Made by a program: the position numbers and the translations under genes
Source of the DNA: an uncultured Eubacteriales bacterium
Lineage (GTDB): Bacteria; Bacillota; Clostridia; Lachnospirales; Lachnospiraceae
Assembly (NCBI GenBank): GCA_900542465.1
Contig: UQNS01000001.1
Location: 195,100-259,099 of the forward strand
Direction: 5' to 3'
DNA length: 64,000 bases
The notes under the pieces: model-generated
Database searches by the model: none
The model's input: the letters and a program-made list of their open reading frames with translations, nothing else
Told to the model about the DNA's origin: nothing
Part shown: positions 10,406 through 21,131 of the stretch, piece after piece
Numbering within the stretch: position 1 is the first letter of the stretch
Layout of the letters: every line of letters begins with the position of its first letter

Positions 10406-11272
10406 ATGGCATATTTAGCACATCCATCAGAAACTAAAAGAATAATAGAACACTTCGGATTTTCGTTTAAGAAAAAGTTTGGGCAGAACTTTCTCATAGA
10501 TGAAAATATAGTCAGGAAAATAGTGCATGAGGCGGGGGTGACAGGGGAAGACGGAGTCATGGAGATCGGTCCCGGCATAGGGACCATGACCCAGGTCCTT
10601 TGTGAAGAAGCGAAGAGAGTCCTGGCGGTAGAAATTGATAATAAGCTTATTGATGTTTTGAACTTTACCCTGGAGGATTATGACAATGTGACGATAATCA
10701 ATCAGGATATTCTGAAATGTGATCTTTCAAGCCTTGTGAGAGAGTACAATAACGGTGAGCCGTTTAAGCTGGTTGCCAACCTGCCTTATTATATTACAAC
10801 ACCTATCATTATGGGGCTTTTAGAGGCAAATGCGAAGGCAGGAGGAGGCCTGCTGAGCTCTATAACTGTTATGATCCAGAAGGAAGTTGCCGAAAGGCTT
10901 AGTGCAAGCCCCGGAACCAAAGATTATGGAGCTTTAACACTTGCAATACAGTATTATACTGATGCAAAAATGCTTATGACAGTACCGGCTACTTGTTTTA
11001 TGCCAAGGCCAAATATAGATTCGGCAGTTATCGGTCTGCAGATCTATAAAGAACCGCCTGTCAGAGCCAGAGATGAAAGAAAATTATTTTCTTTAATAAA
11101 GGCGGCATTTTCACAGAGAAGAAAGACCTTTATCAATTCGGTAGGAAGTGTAACGAGCTATGATAAAGATAAGTTAAGAGAAGGGCTTGCTCTTATTGGT
11201 AAAGATGAAAATGTTCGAGGAGAAGTTCTTACTCTCCAGGAATTCATCACATTATCAGATCATCTAAATTAG
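10406..11272 (+). CDS. rsmA: 16S rRNA (adenine1518/1519-N6)-dimethyltransferase
   Basis: FGQNFLIDENIVRKIV, EIGPGIGTMT SAM motif, LVANLPYYITTPII. Confidence 0.9.
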   Translation: MAYLAHPSETKRIIEHFGFSFKKKFGQNFLIDENIVRKIVHEAGVTGEDGVMEIGPGIGTMTQVLCEEAKRVLAVEIDNKLIDVLNFTLEDYDNVTIINQDILKCDLSSLVREYNNGEPFKLVANLPYYITTPIIMGLLEANAKAGGGLLSSITVMIQKEVAERLSASPGTKDYGALTLAIQYYTDAKMLMTVPATCFMPRPNIDSAVIGLQIYKEPPVRARDERKLFSLIKAAFSQRRKTFINSVGSVTSYDKDKLREGLALIGKDENVRGEVLTLQEFITLSDHLN

Positions 11273-11778
11273 TTATCTGCGGAAGAACGGCTGCATCCGG
11301 GAGCTTTTTTTCGCGCGCGAAGATCGGTAAAAAAGCCGGACATAAGGGTACTGCATTCTTCTTCTAATACCCCCCTTGTCACATTGCAAAAGTGGTTAAA
11401 TTCTTTCATTTGAAGAATATTCAGAATAGAGCCGGCACAGCCGGCTTTTTTATTCATTGCACCTATAACGACCCGTGGGATCCTGGCTTGTACGATAGCA
11501 CCGGCGCACATCTGACAGGGTTCTAAGGTTATATACATGGTGCAGTTTTCAAGACGCCAGTCATTGAATTTTTTGCTAGCTTTTCTTATGGCATTGATCT
11601 CGGCATGCCCCAGTGTGGTGTGGTCAGTATTTCTTCTGTTATATCCGCGCGCAATGATCTTTCCATCATGGACTATTACGCAGCCGATAGGAGTCTCCTC
11701 AAGGGCAAGGGCTTTTTTAGCCTGCTTTATAGCCTCTTTCATATATCTAATATCTTCTGTTTCTGTATTATTATCCAT
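11269..11778 (-). CDS. tadA: tRNA-specific adenosine deaminase
   Basis: CMP/dCMP deaminase zinc motifs HAEINAI and PCQMCAGAI. Confidence 0.9.
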   Translation of the reverse strand: MDNNTETEDIRYMKEAIKQAKKALALEETPIGCVIVHDGKIIARGYNRRNTDHTTLGHAEINAIRKASKKFNDWRLENCTMYITLEPCQMCAGAIVQARIPRVVIGAMNKKAGCAGSILNILQMKEFNHFCNVTRGVLEEECSTLMSGFFTDLRARKKAPGCSRSSADN

Positions 11779-11967
11779 TTCTCATCCTTATTTTAAAAAC
11801 TCTTAATTACACTATAGCACATTTGTTTTTTGATATCCCGTATACTATAATCATCGGGGAAGATTTGTATCAATAGAGGGGCGAATTTTTTCTTGAAGAG
11901 AACTATTTTTTTGATATAATACTTAGTTGTAATTTGGCAATCTGGAAACGAAAGGACTATAAAAACG

Positions 11968-13464
11968 ATGAACAAAGTTCAGCAGGCAGAGTACAGTGAA
12001 ACGGGATCCGAAAAAGTATGTTCTTGCGGATGTAAGTGCGGATGTTCAGAAGAAGCAGAGGCTGATCAGGGTATCCACGAAGAATGCGGCGTCTTCGGAA
12101 TGTATGATTTTGATGGAGAAGATGTTGCATCTACCATCTACTACGGTCTGTTCGCCCTTCAGCACCGCGGACAGGAAAGCGCGGGCATCGCTGTATGTGA
12201 CACAGAGGGTCCGGTCGGGGATGCTTTGATCCATAAAGATAAAGGTCTTGCAAATGAAGTGTTTAATGCGGAAAATCTGGCCACATTAAATGGAAACTTA
12301 GGTATAGGTCATGTTCGTTATCCATCAGAGGGGACTGCCAAAAAAGAAAATGCTCAGCCATTACTTGTGAATTATGTAAAGGGTATCCTGGGTGTCGCTC
12401 ATAACGGAAGTATCCTTAATTGTAAGGAACTTCGGGAATCTATGGCTGAATCAGGTGCCATATATCAGACGACAGGGGATGCGGAAGTTATAGGATATCT
12501 GATTGCAAGGGAACGATTACATACGGACTCAGTTGAAGGCGCTATCCTTAATGCATGCAAAAAGTTAAAGGGCGCTTATTCTATGGCTATCATGAGTCCG
12601 AGAAAGCTCATTGGAGTAAGAGATCCGCACGGATACAGACCTCTTTGCATAGGAAAACGTGATAATGCATATTTCCTTTCTTCAGAGACATGTGCCCTTG
12701 ATACGATCGATGCTGAATTCGTACGTGATGTTAAACCGGGAGAGATCGTAACGATCACACCGGAAGGCGGAATAGAGTCAAATATGGACCTTGCCATTGA
12801 AAAAGCGGCAAGCTGTATTTTTGAATATATTTATTTTGCCCGCCCGGACAGCGTTATAGACGGGGTCGGAGTATACGGCGCACGTGTAGAGTCGGGAAGG
12901 ATACTTGCACGCCGCCATCCGGTGGAGGCTGACCTGGTTGTAGGAGTACCATCATCCGGAAGTCCTGCAGGACTGGGATATGCGCTTGAATCGGGAATTC
13001 CTCACGGCAATGGTTTTATTAAAAACTCATATGTGGGCAGGACCTTTATCAAGCCTAAGCAGTCTCAGCGAGAGACCGCGGTCAAGATCAAGCTGAATGT
13101 TCTGAAGGAAGCTGTTGCAGGCAAGAGAGTCGTAATGGTGGATGATTCTATCGTTCGCGGCACGACATGTGCACGTATAGTAAAAATGCTGAGAGCAGCA
13201 GGCGCCAAGGAAGTCCATGTAAGGATATCCTCACCGTTGTTCATTTACCCATGCTTTTATGGAACTGATATTCCGTCACAGGAGCATCTTGTAGCTCATA
13301 ACAGAACGGTAGAAGAGATAAGAGAGATAATCGGAGCGGATTCACTTGGATTTATGGAAGTGGAAGACCTACCTCCGATCGTAAAGAATAAGATAGATTT
13401 CTGCGATGCATGTTTCACGGGCAATTTCCCTGAACTGCCGGAGGGATTTAAGGGATTTGATTAA
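11968..13464 (+). CDS. purF: amidophosphoribosyltransferase with unusually long Cys-rich propeptide
   Basis: Ntn glutamine amidotransferase start EECGVFG, PRTase domain, C-terminal Fe-S cysteines. 39-aa leader containing CSCGCKCGC. Confidence 0.9.
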   Translation: MNKVQQAEYSETGSEKVCSCGCKCGCSEEAEADQGIHEECGVFGMYDFDGEDVASTIYYGLFALQHRGQESAGIAVCDTEGPVGDALIHKDKGLANEVFNAENLATLNGNLGIGHVRYPSEGTAKKENAQPLLVNYVKGILGVAHNGSILNCKELRESMAESGAIYQTTGDAEVIGYLIARERLHTDSVEGAILNACKKLKGAYSMAIMSPRKLIGVRDPHGYRPLCIGKRDNAYFLSSETCALDTIDAEFVRDVKPGEIVTITPEGGIESNMDLAIEKAASCIFEYIYFARPDSVIDGVGVYGARVESGRILARRHPVEADLVVGVPSSGSPAGLGYALESGIPHGNGFIKNSYVGRTFIKPKQSQRETAVKIKLNVLKEAVAGKRVVMVDDSIVRGTTCARIVKMLRAAGAKEVHVRISSPLFIYPCFYGTDIPSQEHLVAHNRTVEEIREIIGADSLGFMEVEDLPPIVKNKIDFCDACFTGNFPELPEGFKGFD

Positions 13465-13531
13465 GAAGAAGCAGCTAAAACCTGTAAAATATAGAATATA
13501 AACATTTTTTCAAAAATAGCAAAAAAGCCTA

Positions 13532-13561
13532 TTGACACTAACCATTAAATCGTCATATAAT
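13532..13561 (+). promoter_or_regulatory. sigma-70-type promoter for tRNA-Val/tRNA-Met
   Basis: TTGACA, 18-nt spacer, TATAAT, about 45 nt upstream of tRNA-Val. Confidence 0.5.
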
Positions 13562-13606
13562 AGCAAAGCAGTTTAGCGATTAAGTATCGCGAAATGCAGT
13601 GTTTAT

Positions 13607-13679
13607 GGGATCATAGCTCAGCTGGGAGAGCATCTGCCTTACAAGCAGAGGGTCATAGGTTCGAGCCCTATTGGTCCCA
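13607..13679 (+). tRNA. tRNA-Val (anticodon TAC)
   Basis: Cloverleaf folded by hand: acceptor GGGATCA/TGGTCCC, D arm GCTCAGCTGGGAGAGC, anticodon stem TCTGC/GCAGA with loop CTTACAA, T arm GGTTCGAGCCC. No encoded CCA. Confidence 0.85.
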
Positions 13680-13686
13680 TATTTAT

Positions 13687-13760
13687 GGCGAGATAGCTCA
13701 GTTGGCTAGAGCACACGGTTCATACCCGTGGTGTCGTGAGTTCAAATCTCTCTCTCGCTA
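13687..13760 (+). tRNA. tRNA-Met (anticodon CAT; elongator-type by sequence)
   Basis: Acceptor GGCGAGA/TCTCGCT, D arm GCTCAGTTGGCTAGAGC, anticodon stem CACGG/CCGTG with loop TTCATAC. One mismatch in the T stem. Confidence 0.75.
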
Positions 13761-13770
13761 TTGTTTGAAA

Positions 13771-13811
13771 GGGCATCATCGCAGTCAAGTGATGGTGGCC
13801 TTTTATTTTTT
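13771..13811 (+). terminator. Rho-independent terminator after the tRNA pair
   Basis: gggcatcatc(10 nt loop)gatggtggcc followed by ttttattttttg. Confidence 0.6.
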
Positions 13812-13963
13812 GAGGTCACAGGATCTGATACGTAAGTCACATAGAATGAATTTATTTTCTGCATAGTAGATGAAGATTATTGATAATCGCGAGTAAAATT
13901 ATTCAACTATCATTCTCAGTGGAAAATAGAAAAACAAGGAAGAGAAAAGGGGTATATTAAAAT

Positions 13964-16900
13964 ATGAAGAAAACATATTTAAGGCTGTTTGCAAGTGCAG
14001 CTTTATGTCTTGGATTAGCCGGATCAATGGTACCGGTCAACGCATTTGCCGAGAACACGGGATCCGGTATCACGAGTCCCGCTCGCGCACCGATCGCAAA
14101 TGGAACGCCTAAGATATGGGTAAATGATGATACAGCAACGGTATATACAAAATTATCCGATGCAGTAAATAATGCTGCAGACGGAGCAACTGTACATATA
14201 TCAGGTAATTTTACAGCTAGTGCTGAGGATCCGATGAATGTTACTGTCGGAAAAAATATTACTATTGATATCGTTGGAGATACCGTGATGAAGGGCAATG
14301 GCAATAACGGTATCACGCTTTTATCAGGAAGCCATATTAAGTGCAGCAACGGAGCCAGTCTTACCATGTCAGGCTTTAAGACGGCATTTACCGTAAATGT
14401 CGGGGCAGAAGTAAATGACGGAAAGTACAATTTCAAAGATAATACAGACGGTACGAACGGTTTTTATATCGGCGGTTCAGTAAAAGGATCAACAGATAAG
14501 AATTCAGTTTTAATAACTGCTGATGACAAATGCGAGACAAACTTCTACAGCTCATCTACCAGATTTGAAAACTGTACTCTTAATGTTAATTCCAGAACAC
14601 GTACATGGTTCGATGGAAACGATCTTTACCTTAAGAATGCATCTCTTACTGTAGCAGGATATGGCCAGGGCTATTATGTTAATAACCTTAATATGGAAAA
14701 TTCTGAATTGATAGTTAATAAGGGATCAAGTTACAGAACAGCAACAGGAATATGCTTTCAGGGAGCCGGAGTGCATAATATAAGCAACTCGCTTATTAAG
14801 ATAAATGCAGGCTCAACAGCAGGCCTTTCTATAGCCACAGGTACGTATAATGTGACTAACTCAACCATGGAATTTGCTAATGGAGGAACTGGAGGCTTAA
14901 ATGTAAACAAGGGAAAGGTCTATTTCACAAACTCGATTTTAAAGGGTGACGGAAATAACAGCGGAAGTCTTTTCGGAGTACAGGCAAATGATCCTTCAAG
15001 CCTTATATCATTCAGTGAAGATTCAAGAGTAGAGACTCCGGCAAGTTCTGACAGCGACAACGGTCTTGATCAGATAGGCAAGGCGTATATCGTTATGGGT
15101 GGTTCTCATAAGATAAGATATGCGAGCAATTTCTATGGTGGAGCTGCGATCCCTGTGAATACACCGGAATACGGAAGCGAGAAGCTTTCATACTTTAAGC
15201 TGGCAGATAATACTACATCAAGTGTTGAAGCTCATTCTAAGCTGGGTACGACTTATAAGTATCCTGTAAACACAGCATCAGAGGACGGACAGAAGTATAT
15301 ATGGGTTCCCGGAGACAAGGTAGTATTTAAGTTAAATAATGCAAATGCGAAGTTTGCAGATAATACAACTGCAGACAAGGAGACCATGGCTATGAGAGGG
15401 CACCTTCTAAGTGAGGCTTCACAGGCAAATGGCAAGGCTGTTGAGATACCTGCCGATCCGAGCGGGGTGGATAAGTTCGTCGGATGGTTCTATGTAAATG
15501 CAAATGGTGAGGAGACTGCATTTGACCCTGCTACAGTTAAAGTTGACGCGCCTCTTGAGGTTTATGCAAAATGGGAAAACACCAACGAAAAGTACGGTGT
15601 GGTATACCATAACAGCGATGAAGACCCAAGCAAGGATGTTACCTACCTGGATACAAATAACAAGGCGGACAGAACAATAGAGGTAGCTGACGTCGCAAAT
15701 ATAATTGCGGGAATGCCAAACTTCCAGCTTCCTGGCAAGGTATTCGACAAATGGACCAGTGATAAAGCAGGCATGAATGAAGTCAAGACCGGAAGCACTT
15801 TGACAGTTCCGGCCGGAAGCAAGACGATCGACCTTTACGCTCAGTGGAAAGAAGCAAGTTATAAGGTGAAGTTCTCAGCAAATGGAGGTACATTTGCCGA
15901 CAACAGTATTTTTAAGACAAAGCCGGATGTATTTGACATCGAAAAAGATGCTAATGGCGGCGAAGTTGCAGTCGTAAAGAAAGATGCCAAGTATCAGGCA
16001 AGCTTAAATGAACTTTTAAAGAGCCTTGATCCCGGAGTTACTACCGGCTCTGAGGGAATTTCTGCACCAACAGAAAATATTGCTGTAAAACCTTACCATC
16101 ATATAGATAAGACAGCTAACAGCTTATTTGGATTTACATGGTACACATACAACTGGTATACGGATGATGCAGGTTCACAAAATGCGGGTATTGGTACACA
16201 GACTAAGATCGAGAACGATACTACTTATTATTTGAAATGGGTAGAGAATGATAACATCCAGTCTATTGAGAATCAGTTCGGGCTTGAAAGTGATATATTT
16301 GGCAGATCTCAGAGTGAGAGCAGTATGTCGGAATTCATCAAAGAGAACGCTAATGATTTCAGTCTGACAGGGGCCATCGAAACAAGTTCTATAAAAGATG
16401 AAATGATGAATATCGAAAACATGTTCCCGGATGCGGCCAGTGATTATTCAAAGATCAAGCTCAGTGATATTGCCAGTGAGTTTACAGCGACACTGACCCT
16501 GCCTGAAAAGGTGATAGTACCGGCAGATCCTGAGGTAACGCTTGGCGGATTTGGAAATGCGTTTACACTTAAGGAAAAGAAGGTAGAAGGAAATAATGTG
16601 ATCGTTAAGTTCACCTTAAAGGAAGGCATTACTACCTATAAAGAGCTAAAGGATGCGGTTGGTTCAACAGGACAGTATCCGGGCGGAGAAGTGGAAAATG
16701 GATGGATGACTGTTAAGGTCTCCGGGCTTAAGTTAGACTTTGATAAGGTCCTCAATGGTGAAGATCTTACAGTTAAAGGAACGGTTACAGGTAATTTCTT
16801 CTCTTATGCGGAAGATAAGGACGGAACTGTTAAAAAATTCAAGTTTAAATGGAATGGAAAACAGTCAGATAAAGGCCGTGATAAGAAGGCTACGGATAAT

Positions 16901-17860
16901 GAAACCATCCAATATACTCTCAGCGCGGTAAAACCTTACGAGACCAATCTTGATGGAGATATCCTCATAGGCGATGAGAGTCAGCATACGGATGTCTACA
17001 AGGCGAATAAAGAGGATAAGCTTGATTTTACAGGAGCACTTAATGTAAAAGCTGTCAGAGATCAGATGATAGCTATTGAGAAGCTTTATCCTAATACACC
17101 TAAGGATAAGATCAAGGTGGATGTAGATCATTGCACATTTGTTGCGAAACTTACACTTCCTGATGAGATGGAATTTGCGGATCCGCAGAAAGTAAGAGCG
17201 GATTATTTCGGAGACGGTTTTGAGGTCGTTGATACCAAGGTCACAGGAAAAACTGTAACTGTTACTATGCAGCTCAAAGACAAGGATAATGTAGATACTT
17301 ATCTTAAGCTTAAGGATATAGCCGATCATGCGGGAGATGCCAACGGCTGGATGAAGCTTACACTTGAAGGCATAACCATTAAGAAAGATATGGTAACAGC
17401 GGGTCAGAGACTTACAGTCAAAGGTGAATTGACCGGAAGCATGAGTGCTGTAGCCACATCCGCCTCCGGAAACAGGAAGGAATTTGATTTCAAGTGGAAT
17501 GGAAGACAGTGGGCAGATGGACGAGATTCAACAGCAGACTCAAGCGATGAATCAATAAGATTTACATTAGAGATCAAGGAGGATGCGCCTAAGCCAAATC
17601 CGGATCCTAAGCCAAACCCAGATCCTAAGCCAACACCAGATCCTAAGCCAACACCAGATCCTAAGCCAACACCGGATCCTAAGCCTGCTCCAAGACCTGA
17701 CGTACCGACTGAACCAGCTAAACCACAGGTAGAAATCGAGAAGAAGACAGGACCCGCAACTGGAGATTCAAACAGACTCGCAGAGTGGACTATGCTTGCG
17801 TTAGCTACAGCCGGCGGAGTTATTGGCATTTACACATTCAAACGTAAAAAGAAAAGCTGA
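13964..17860 (+). CDS. large cell-surface protein: signal peptide, right-handed beta-helix-like N-terminus, Listeria-Bacteroides (Flg_new) repeats, duplicated Ig-like modules, (PKPxPD)n stalk and C-terminal sorting-signal-like tail (GPATGD + TM + KRKKKS)
   Basis: 1298 aa. Signal peptide LFASAALCLGLAGSMVPVNAFA. N/G/T-rich beta-helix rungs. Flg_new signatures (VGWFYVN...VYAKWE; KVFDKWTSD...LYAQWK; YKVKFSANGGTFAD). Internal duplication. Confidence 0.85.
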   Translation: MKKTYLRLFASAALCLGLAGSMVPVNAFAENTGSGITSPARAPIANGTPKIWVNDDTATVYTKLSDAVNNAADGATVHISGNFTASAEDPMNVTVGKNITIDIVGDTVMKGNGNNGITLLSGSHIKCSNGASLTMSGFKTAFTVNVGAEVNDGKYNFKDNTDGTNGFYIGGSVKGSTDKNSVLITADDKCETNFYSSSTRFENCTLNVNSRTRTWFDGNDLYLKNASLTVAGYGQGYYVNNLNMENSELIVNKGSSYRTATGICFQGAGVHNISNSLIKINAGSTAGLSIATGTYNVTNSTMEFANGGTGGLNVNKGKVYFTNSILKGDGNNSGSLFGVQANDPSSLISFSEDSRVETPASSDSDNGLDQIGKAYIVMGGSHKIRYASNFYGGAAIPVNTPEYGSEKLSYFKLADNTTSSVEAHSKLGTTYKYPVNTASEDGQKYIWVPGDKVVFKLNNANAKFADNTTADKETMAMRGHLLSEASQANGKAVEIPADPSGVDKFVGWFYVNANGEETAFDPATVKVDAPLEVYAKWENTNEKYGVVYHNSDEDPSKDVTYLDTNNKADRTIEVADVANIIAGMPNFQLPGKVFDKWTSDKAGMNEVKTGSTLTVPAGSKTIDLYAQWKEASYKVKFSANGGTFADNSIFKTKPDVFDIEKDANGGEVAVVKKDAKYQASLNELLKSLDPGVTTGSEGISAPTENIAVKPYHHIDKTANSLFGFTWYTYNWYTDDAGSQNAGIGTQTKIENDTTYYLKWVENDNIQSIENQFGLESDIFGRSQSESSMSEFIKENANDFSLTGAIETSSIKDEMMNIENMFPDAASDYSKIKLSDIASEFTATLTLPEKVIVPADPEVTLGGFGNAFTLKEKKVEGNNVIVKFTLKEGITTYKELKDAVGSTGQYPGGEVENGWMTVKVSGLKLDFDKVLNGEDLTVKGTVTGNFFSYAEDKDGTVKKFKFKWNGKQSDKGRDKKATDNETIQYTLSAVKPYETNLDGDILIGDESQHTDVYKANKEDKLDFTGALNVKAVRDQMIAIEKLYPNTPKDKIKVDVDHCTFVAKLTLPDEMEFADPQKVRADYFGDGFEVVDTKVTGKTVTVTMQLKDKDNVDTYLKLKDIADHAGDANGWMKLTLEGITIKKDMVTAGQRLTVKGELTGSMSAVATSASGNRKEFDFKWNGRQWADGRDSTADSSDESIRFTLEIKEDAPKPNPDPKPNPDPKPTPDPKPTPDPKPTPDPKPAPRPDVPTEPAKPQVEIEKKTGPATGDSNRLAEWTMLALATAGGVIGIYTFKRKKKS
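17588..17700. repeat. about 6 copies of an 18-bp tandem repeat encoding (PKP[NT]PD)n
   Basis: cctaagccaa(a/c)(t/c)cc(g/a)gat units. Confidence 0.8.
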
Positions 17861-17904
17861 CAGTGTTTATAAGAGCATAAAGAGCATATTATATTTTTAA
17901 AGAA

Positions 17905-17934
17905 AGTGGATCTGAAAAAAGATCCACTTTTTTG
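17905..17934 (+). terminator. Rho-independent terminator
   Basis: agtggatc(tgaaaaaa)gatccact followed by tttttt. Confidence 0.7.
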
Positions 17935-18023
17935 ATATGTAAGCCTGATTTTATTTATTATGAATAATGTCTATGCTATAATTGCAGGGTATAATCTGAT
18001 AATAGAAAAGCAGAGGATCAATT

Positions 18024-18491
18024 ATGAGAGTTGGAATGGGATATGACGTCCATAAGTTAGTGGAAGGCAGGCCGCTTATTATTGGCGGTGTAGAAATACC
18101 ATATGAATCAGGGCTGTTGGGGCATTCGGATGCAGATGTTTTACTGCATGCCGTCACGGATTCTATTCTTGGAGCAGCAGCTCTGGGAGATATAGGAAAG
18201 CATTTTCCGGACACCGACCCTGCCTATAAGGGAGCGGACAGTCTCGTGCTTCTGAAGGAAGCTGTTCGCATTGTAAGCGAAGCAGGATTCCGTATCGTAA
18301 ATATAGATTCAACGATTATTGCACAGAGACCTAAGATGAGACCATATATCGATGATATGAGGGCAAATATAGCAAGGGCAGCCGGTATTGATATTTCCTG
18401 CATAAATGTAAAGGCTACGACGGAAGAGGGACTTGGCTTTACAGGAAAAGGCGAAGGTATTTCTTCACAGTCAATATGTATGATAGATTGA
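18024..18491 (+). CDS. ispF: 2-C-methyl-D-erythritol 2,4-cyclodiphosphate synthase
   Basis: [23 protein letters not shown] motifs. Confidence 0.9.
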   Translation: MRVGMGYDVHKLVEGRPLIIGGVEIPYESGLLGHSDADVLLHAVTDSILGAAALGDIGKHFPDTDPAYKGADSLVLLKEAVRIVSEAGFRIVNIDSTIIAQRPKMRPYIDDMRANIARAAGIDISCINVKATTEEGLGFTGKGEGISSQSICMID

Positions 18492-18511
18492 TATAAAAGA
18501 GGAAACATACG

Positions 18512-19201
18512 ATGAAGAAAGTTACATTTGAAGAATATAAAGCGCAGCAGTATGAGCTGTTTCAGAAGAGAGATCCGGCAATAAAGACAATTGAAGAGGT
18601 CGAATTATACCCAAGTTTCTGGGCTGTATGGGAATATATGAGAGCACATGAGCTCTATTTAAAAGGCGAGTTCTATGAAGCAAGGCTCATTTCGCAGAAA
18701 GCTGCAAGAGAAACAGGAATAGAGATCCATCCCGGTGCAGTTATAGGAGAGAACTTCTTCGTTGATCACGGCCATGGAGTCGTTATCGGTGAAACAGCTA
18801 TTATCGGCGATAATGTTACACTTTACCAGCAGGTCACATTAGGCGGAACAGGCAAGGAACACGGAAAAAGACATCCTACGGTCGGAAACAATGTAATGAT
18901 AGGTGCGGGAGCTAAGGTTCTGGGGTCCATTACTATCGGAGATGATGTCAAGGTCGGAGCCGGCAGTGTAGTTGTCAGTGATGTGCCGTCAGGAACTACA
19001 GTAGTCGGAGTTCCTGCAAGGATCATTGCAAAGGATAATATAAAGGTAGAGGTAGAAGAGCTTGACCAGGTGGATATGCCGGATCCGGTAAACACTGATA
19101 TCGAAGAATTGAAGAATGAGACTAAGAGCATTTGTGAAAAGATAGCTGAAGTAGAAGAGTTGATAGAAAAACTTAAAGCTGCTTATTGTGACAAATGCTG
19201 A
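18512..19201 (+). CDS. cysE: serine O-acetyltransferase with C-terminal coiled-coil extension
   Basis: Left-handed beta-helix hexapeptide repeats ([38 protein letters not shown]). Sits upstream of cysS. Confidence 0.85.
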   Translation: MKKVTFEEYKAQQYELFQKRDPAIKTIEEVELYPSFWAVWEYMRAHELYLKGEFYEARLISQKAARETGIEIHPGAVIGENFFVDHGHGVVIGETAIIGDNVTLYQQVTLGGTGKEHGKRHPTVGNNVMIGAGAKVLGSITIGDDVKVGAGSVVVSDVPSGTTVVGVPARIIAKDNIKVEVEELDQVDMPDPVNTDIEELKNETKSICEKIAEVEELIEKLKAAYCDKC

Positions 19202-19252
19202 CAGCCTGATACAGGTCAATAAGGGCAAAAATAAAACAGATGGAGAGATCAC

Positions 19253-20674
19253 ATGAAAATATACAATACGCTGACCGGCAATAAAGACGAATTTGTTCCG
19301 GTAGAAGAGGGAAAAGTAAAAATGTATGTCTGCGGACCTACAGTTTATAACCTTATCCATATTGGAAATGCAAGACCGATGATCGTATTTGATACGGTGA
19401 GAAGATACTTCATTTACAAGGGCTATGATGTGACATATGTCTCCAACTTCACTGATATTGACGATAAGATCATCAAAAGAGCTATTGAAGAGGGGACGAC
19501 CTCTGATATTATTTCAAAAAAATACATCGAAGAATGTATGAAAGATATGGATGGAATGAATATAGGCAAGGATATTATTCATCCGCTTGCTACAGAGGTC
19601 ATACCTGACATGATAGAAATGATCCAGCTCCTGATAGATAAGGGATATGCCTATGATTCCAATGGTACGGTCTATTTCAGAGTCAGAAAGTCAGGTCATT
19701 ACGGAAAGCTTTCAAGCAAAAATATCGATGATCTTGAAGCAGGGCACAGAGATATTAAGGTTACAGGTGAGGAAAATAAGGAAGATCCGCTGGATTTCGT
19801 ACTCTGGAAGCCTAAAAAAGAGGGAGAGCCTTTCTGGGAGTCTCCATGGTCAGAAGGAAGACCGGGATGGCATATAGAATGTTCAGTAATGGCAAGAAAA
19901 TATTTAGGCAAAACTATGGATATACATGCGGGCGGAGAAGATCTTGTATTTCCGCATCATGAAAATGAGGTTGCCCAGTCGGAGGCGGCCAATGACGCTC
20001 CATTTGCAAAGTACTGGATGCATAATGCCTTCCTGAAGATCGATAATGTTAAGATGTCAAAGTCTCTTGGGAATTTTCTTACGGTCCGTGATATAAGTAA
20101 GAAGTATGACCTGGAGGTTCTGCGTTTCTTTATGCTTGGTGCTCACTACAGGACTCCGCTCAATTTTTCAGGAGATCTGATGGAATCGTCCAAGACAGGT
20201 CTTGAAAGGATCAAAAATGCTGCAAGACTTTTACATGAGCGCATAGACCAGGAGAATTCTAAGGACACTCCAAATATGACAATGAGTCCTGAGGAAGAAG
20301 CAAGGGCAAAGAAGGCAGATGATTTCCGCATAAGCTTTGAAGAGGCTATGGATGATGATTTTAACACTGCATTTGCCGTTGGAGCAGTGTTTGACCTGGT
20401 CAAGTTTATCAATACCGAAGCAGTTGAGGGATCATCTATAGCATTTCTTGAGGATCTCCTGAATAAGCTTGTTATGCTTACAGAAATTTTAGGTCTTAAT
20501 GTCGATAAGAAGGATGAGCTTCTTGATGATTCTATAGAGGCTCTTATCGAAGAGAGAAATGAAGCTAAGAGAAATAAGAACTTTGCAAGAGCGGATGAGA
20601 TCAGAGATGTCCTTCTTAAGGATGGGATCGTTCTTGAGGATACGAGAAACGGAGTAAGATGGAAGAGAGTTTAA
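19253..20674 (+). CDS. cysS: cysteine--tRNA ligase
   Basis: HIGN and KMSKS motifs, zinc-binding Cys/His. Confidence 0.95.
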   Translation: MKIYNTLTGNKDEFVPVEEGKVKMYVCGPTVYNLIHIGNARPMIVFDTVRRYFIYKGYDVTYVSNFTDIDDKIIKRAIEEGTTSDIISKKYIEECMKDMDGMNIGKDIIHPLATEVIPDMIEMIQLLIDKGYAYDSNGTVYFRVRKSGHYGKLSSKNIDDLEAGHRDIKVTGEENKEDPLDFVLWKPKKEGEPFWESPWSEGRPGWHIECSVMARKYLGKTMDIHAGGEDLVFPHHENEVAQSEAANDAPFAKYWMHNAFLKIDNVKMSKSLGNFLTVRDISKKYDLEVLRFFMLGAHYRTPLNFSGDLMESSKTGLERIKNAARLLHERIDQENSKDTPNMTMSPEEEARAKKADDFRISFEEAMDDDFNTAFAVGAVFDLVKFINTEAVEGSSIAFLEDLLNKLVMLTEILGLNVDKKDELLDDSIEALIEERNEAKRNKNFARADEIRDVLLKDGIVLEDTRNGVRWKRV

Positions 20675-21129
20675 CGGAAACGGATAAGATATTAAGCTTC
20701 TGCGATAAAATAGTTAAGGAGGTCTTGGGGGGAGAGGATAAGAATCCGGACCCCCGCCTCGTGTCTCCTCTGCTGCTTGCCTATGTCGGAGACAGTATAT
20801 TTGATCTGGTGGTCAGGACGGCGCTTATTAAGCAGGGAAACAGGCAGGTAAATAAAGTGAACAGATTGGCGATCACTTATGTAAAGGCAGCAAGTCAGGC
20901 TAAAATGGCAGCTGCATTTAATGAGCTGATGACTGAAGAGGAGAAAAGGATCCTTAAGGCCGGGAAAAATGCAAAACCAAATACTAAGGCAAAGAATGCC
21001 AGTTTAACTGAGTATCATACGGCGACAGGTCTGGAGGCAATGTTCGGATATCTCTACCTCCAGGGGGAAATGGACAGGATCATTGAACTGGTCAGGCTGG
21101 GAATGGAACATATAGATAAAGAGGGATAA
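20659..21129 (+). CDS. mrnC: Mini-ribonuclease 3
   Basis: RNase III-like LAYVGDSIFDLVVRTAL. Conserved position after cysS. Confidence 0.8.
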   Translation: MEESLTETDKILSFCDKIVKEVLGGEDKNPDPRLVSPLLLAYVGDSIFDLVVRTALIKQGNRQVNKVNRLAITYVKAASQAKMAAAFNELMTEEEKRILKAGKNAKPNTKAKNASLTEYHTATGLEAMFGYLYLQGEMDRIIELVRLGMEHIDKEG

Positions 21130-21131
21130 GA

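Noticed and set aside
11779-11967. Purine riboswitch upstream of purF
   Set aside because: No match to the conserved riboswitch core (U-rich junction and the P2/P3 loop-loop motifs). It looks like a plain divergent promoter region.
13594-13866. 90-aa ORF on + strand
   Set aside because: It lies entirely over tRNA-Val, tRNA-Met and the terminator, so it is an artefact of translating structured RNA genes.
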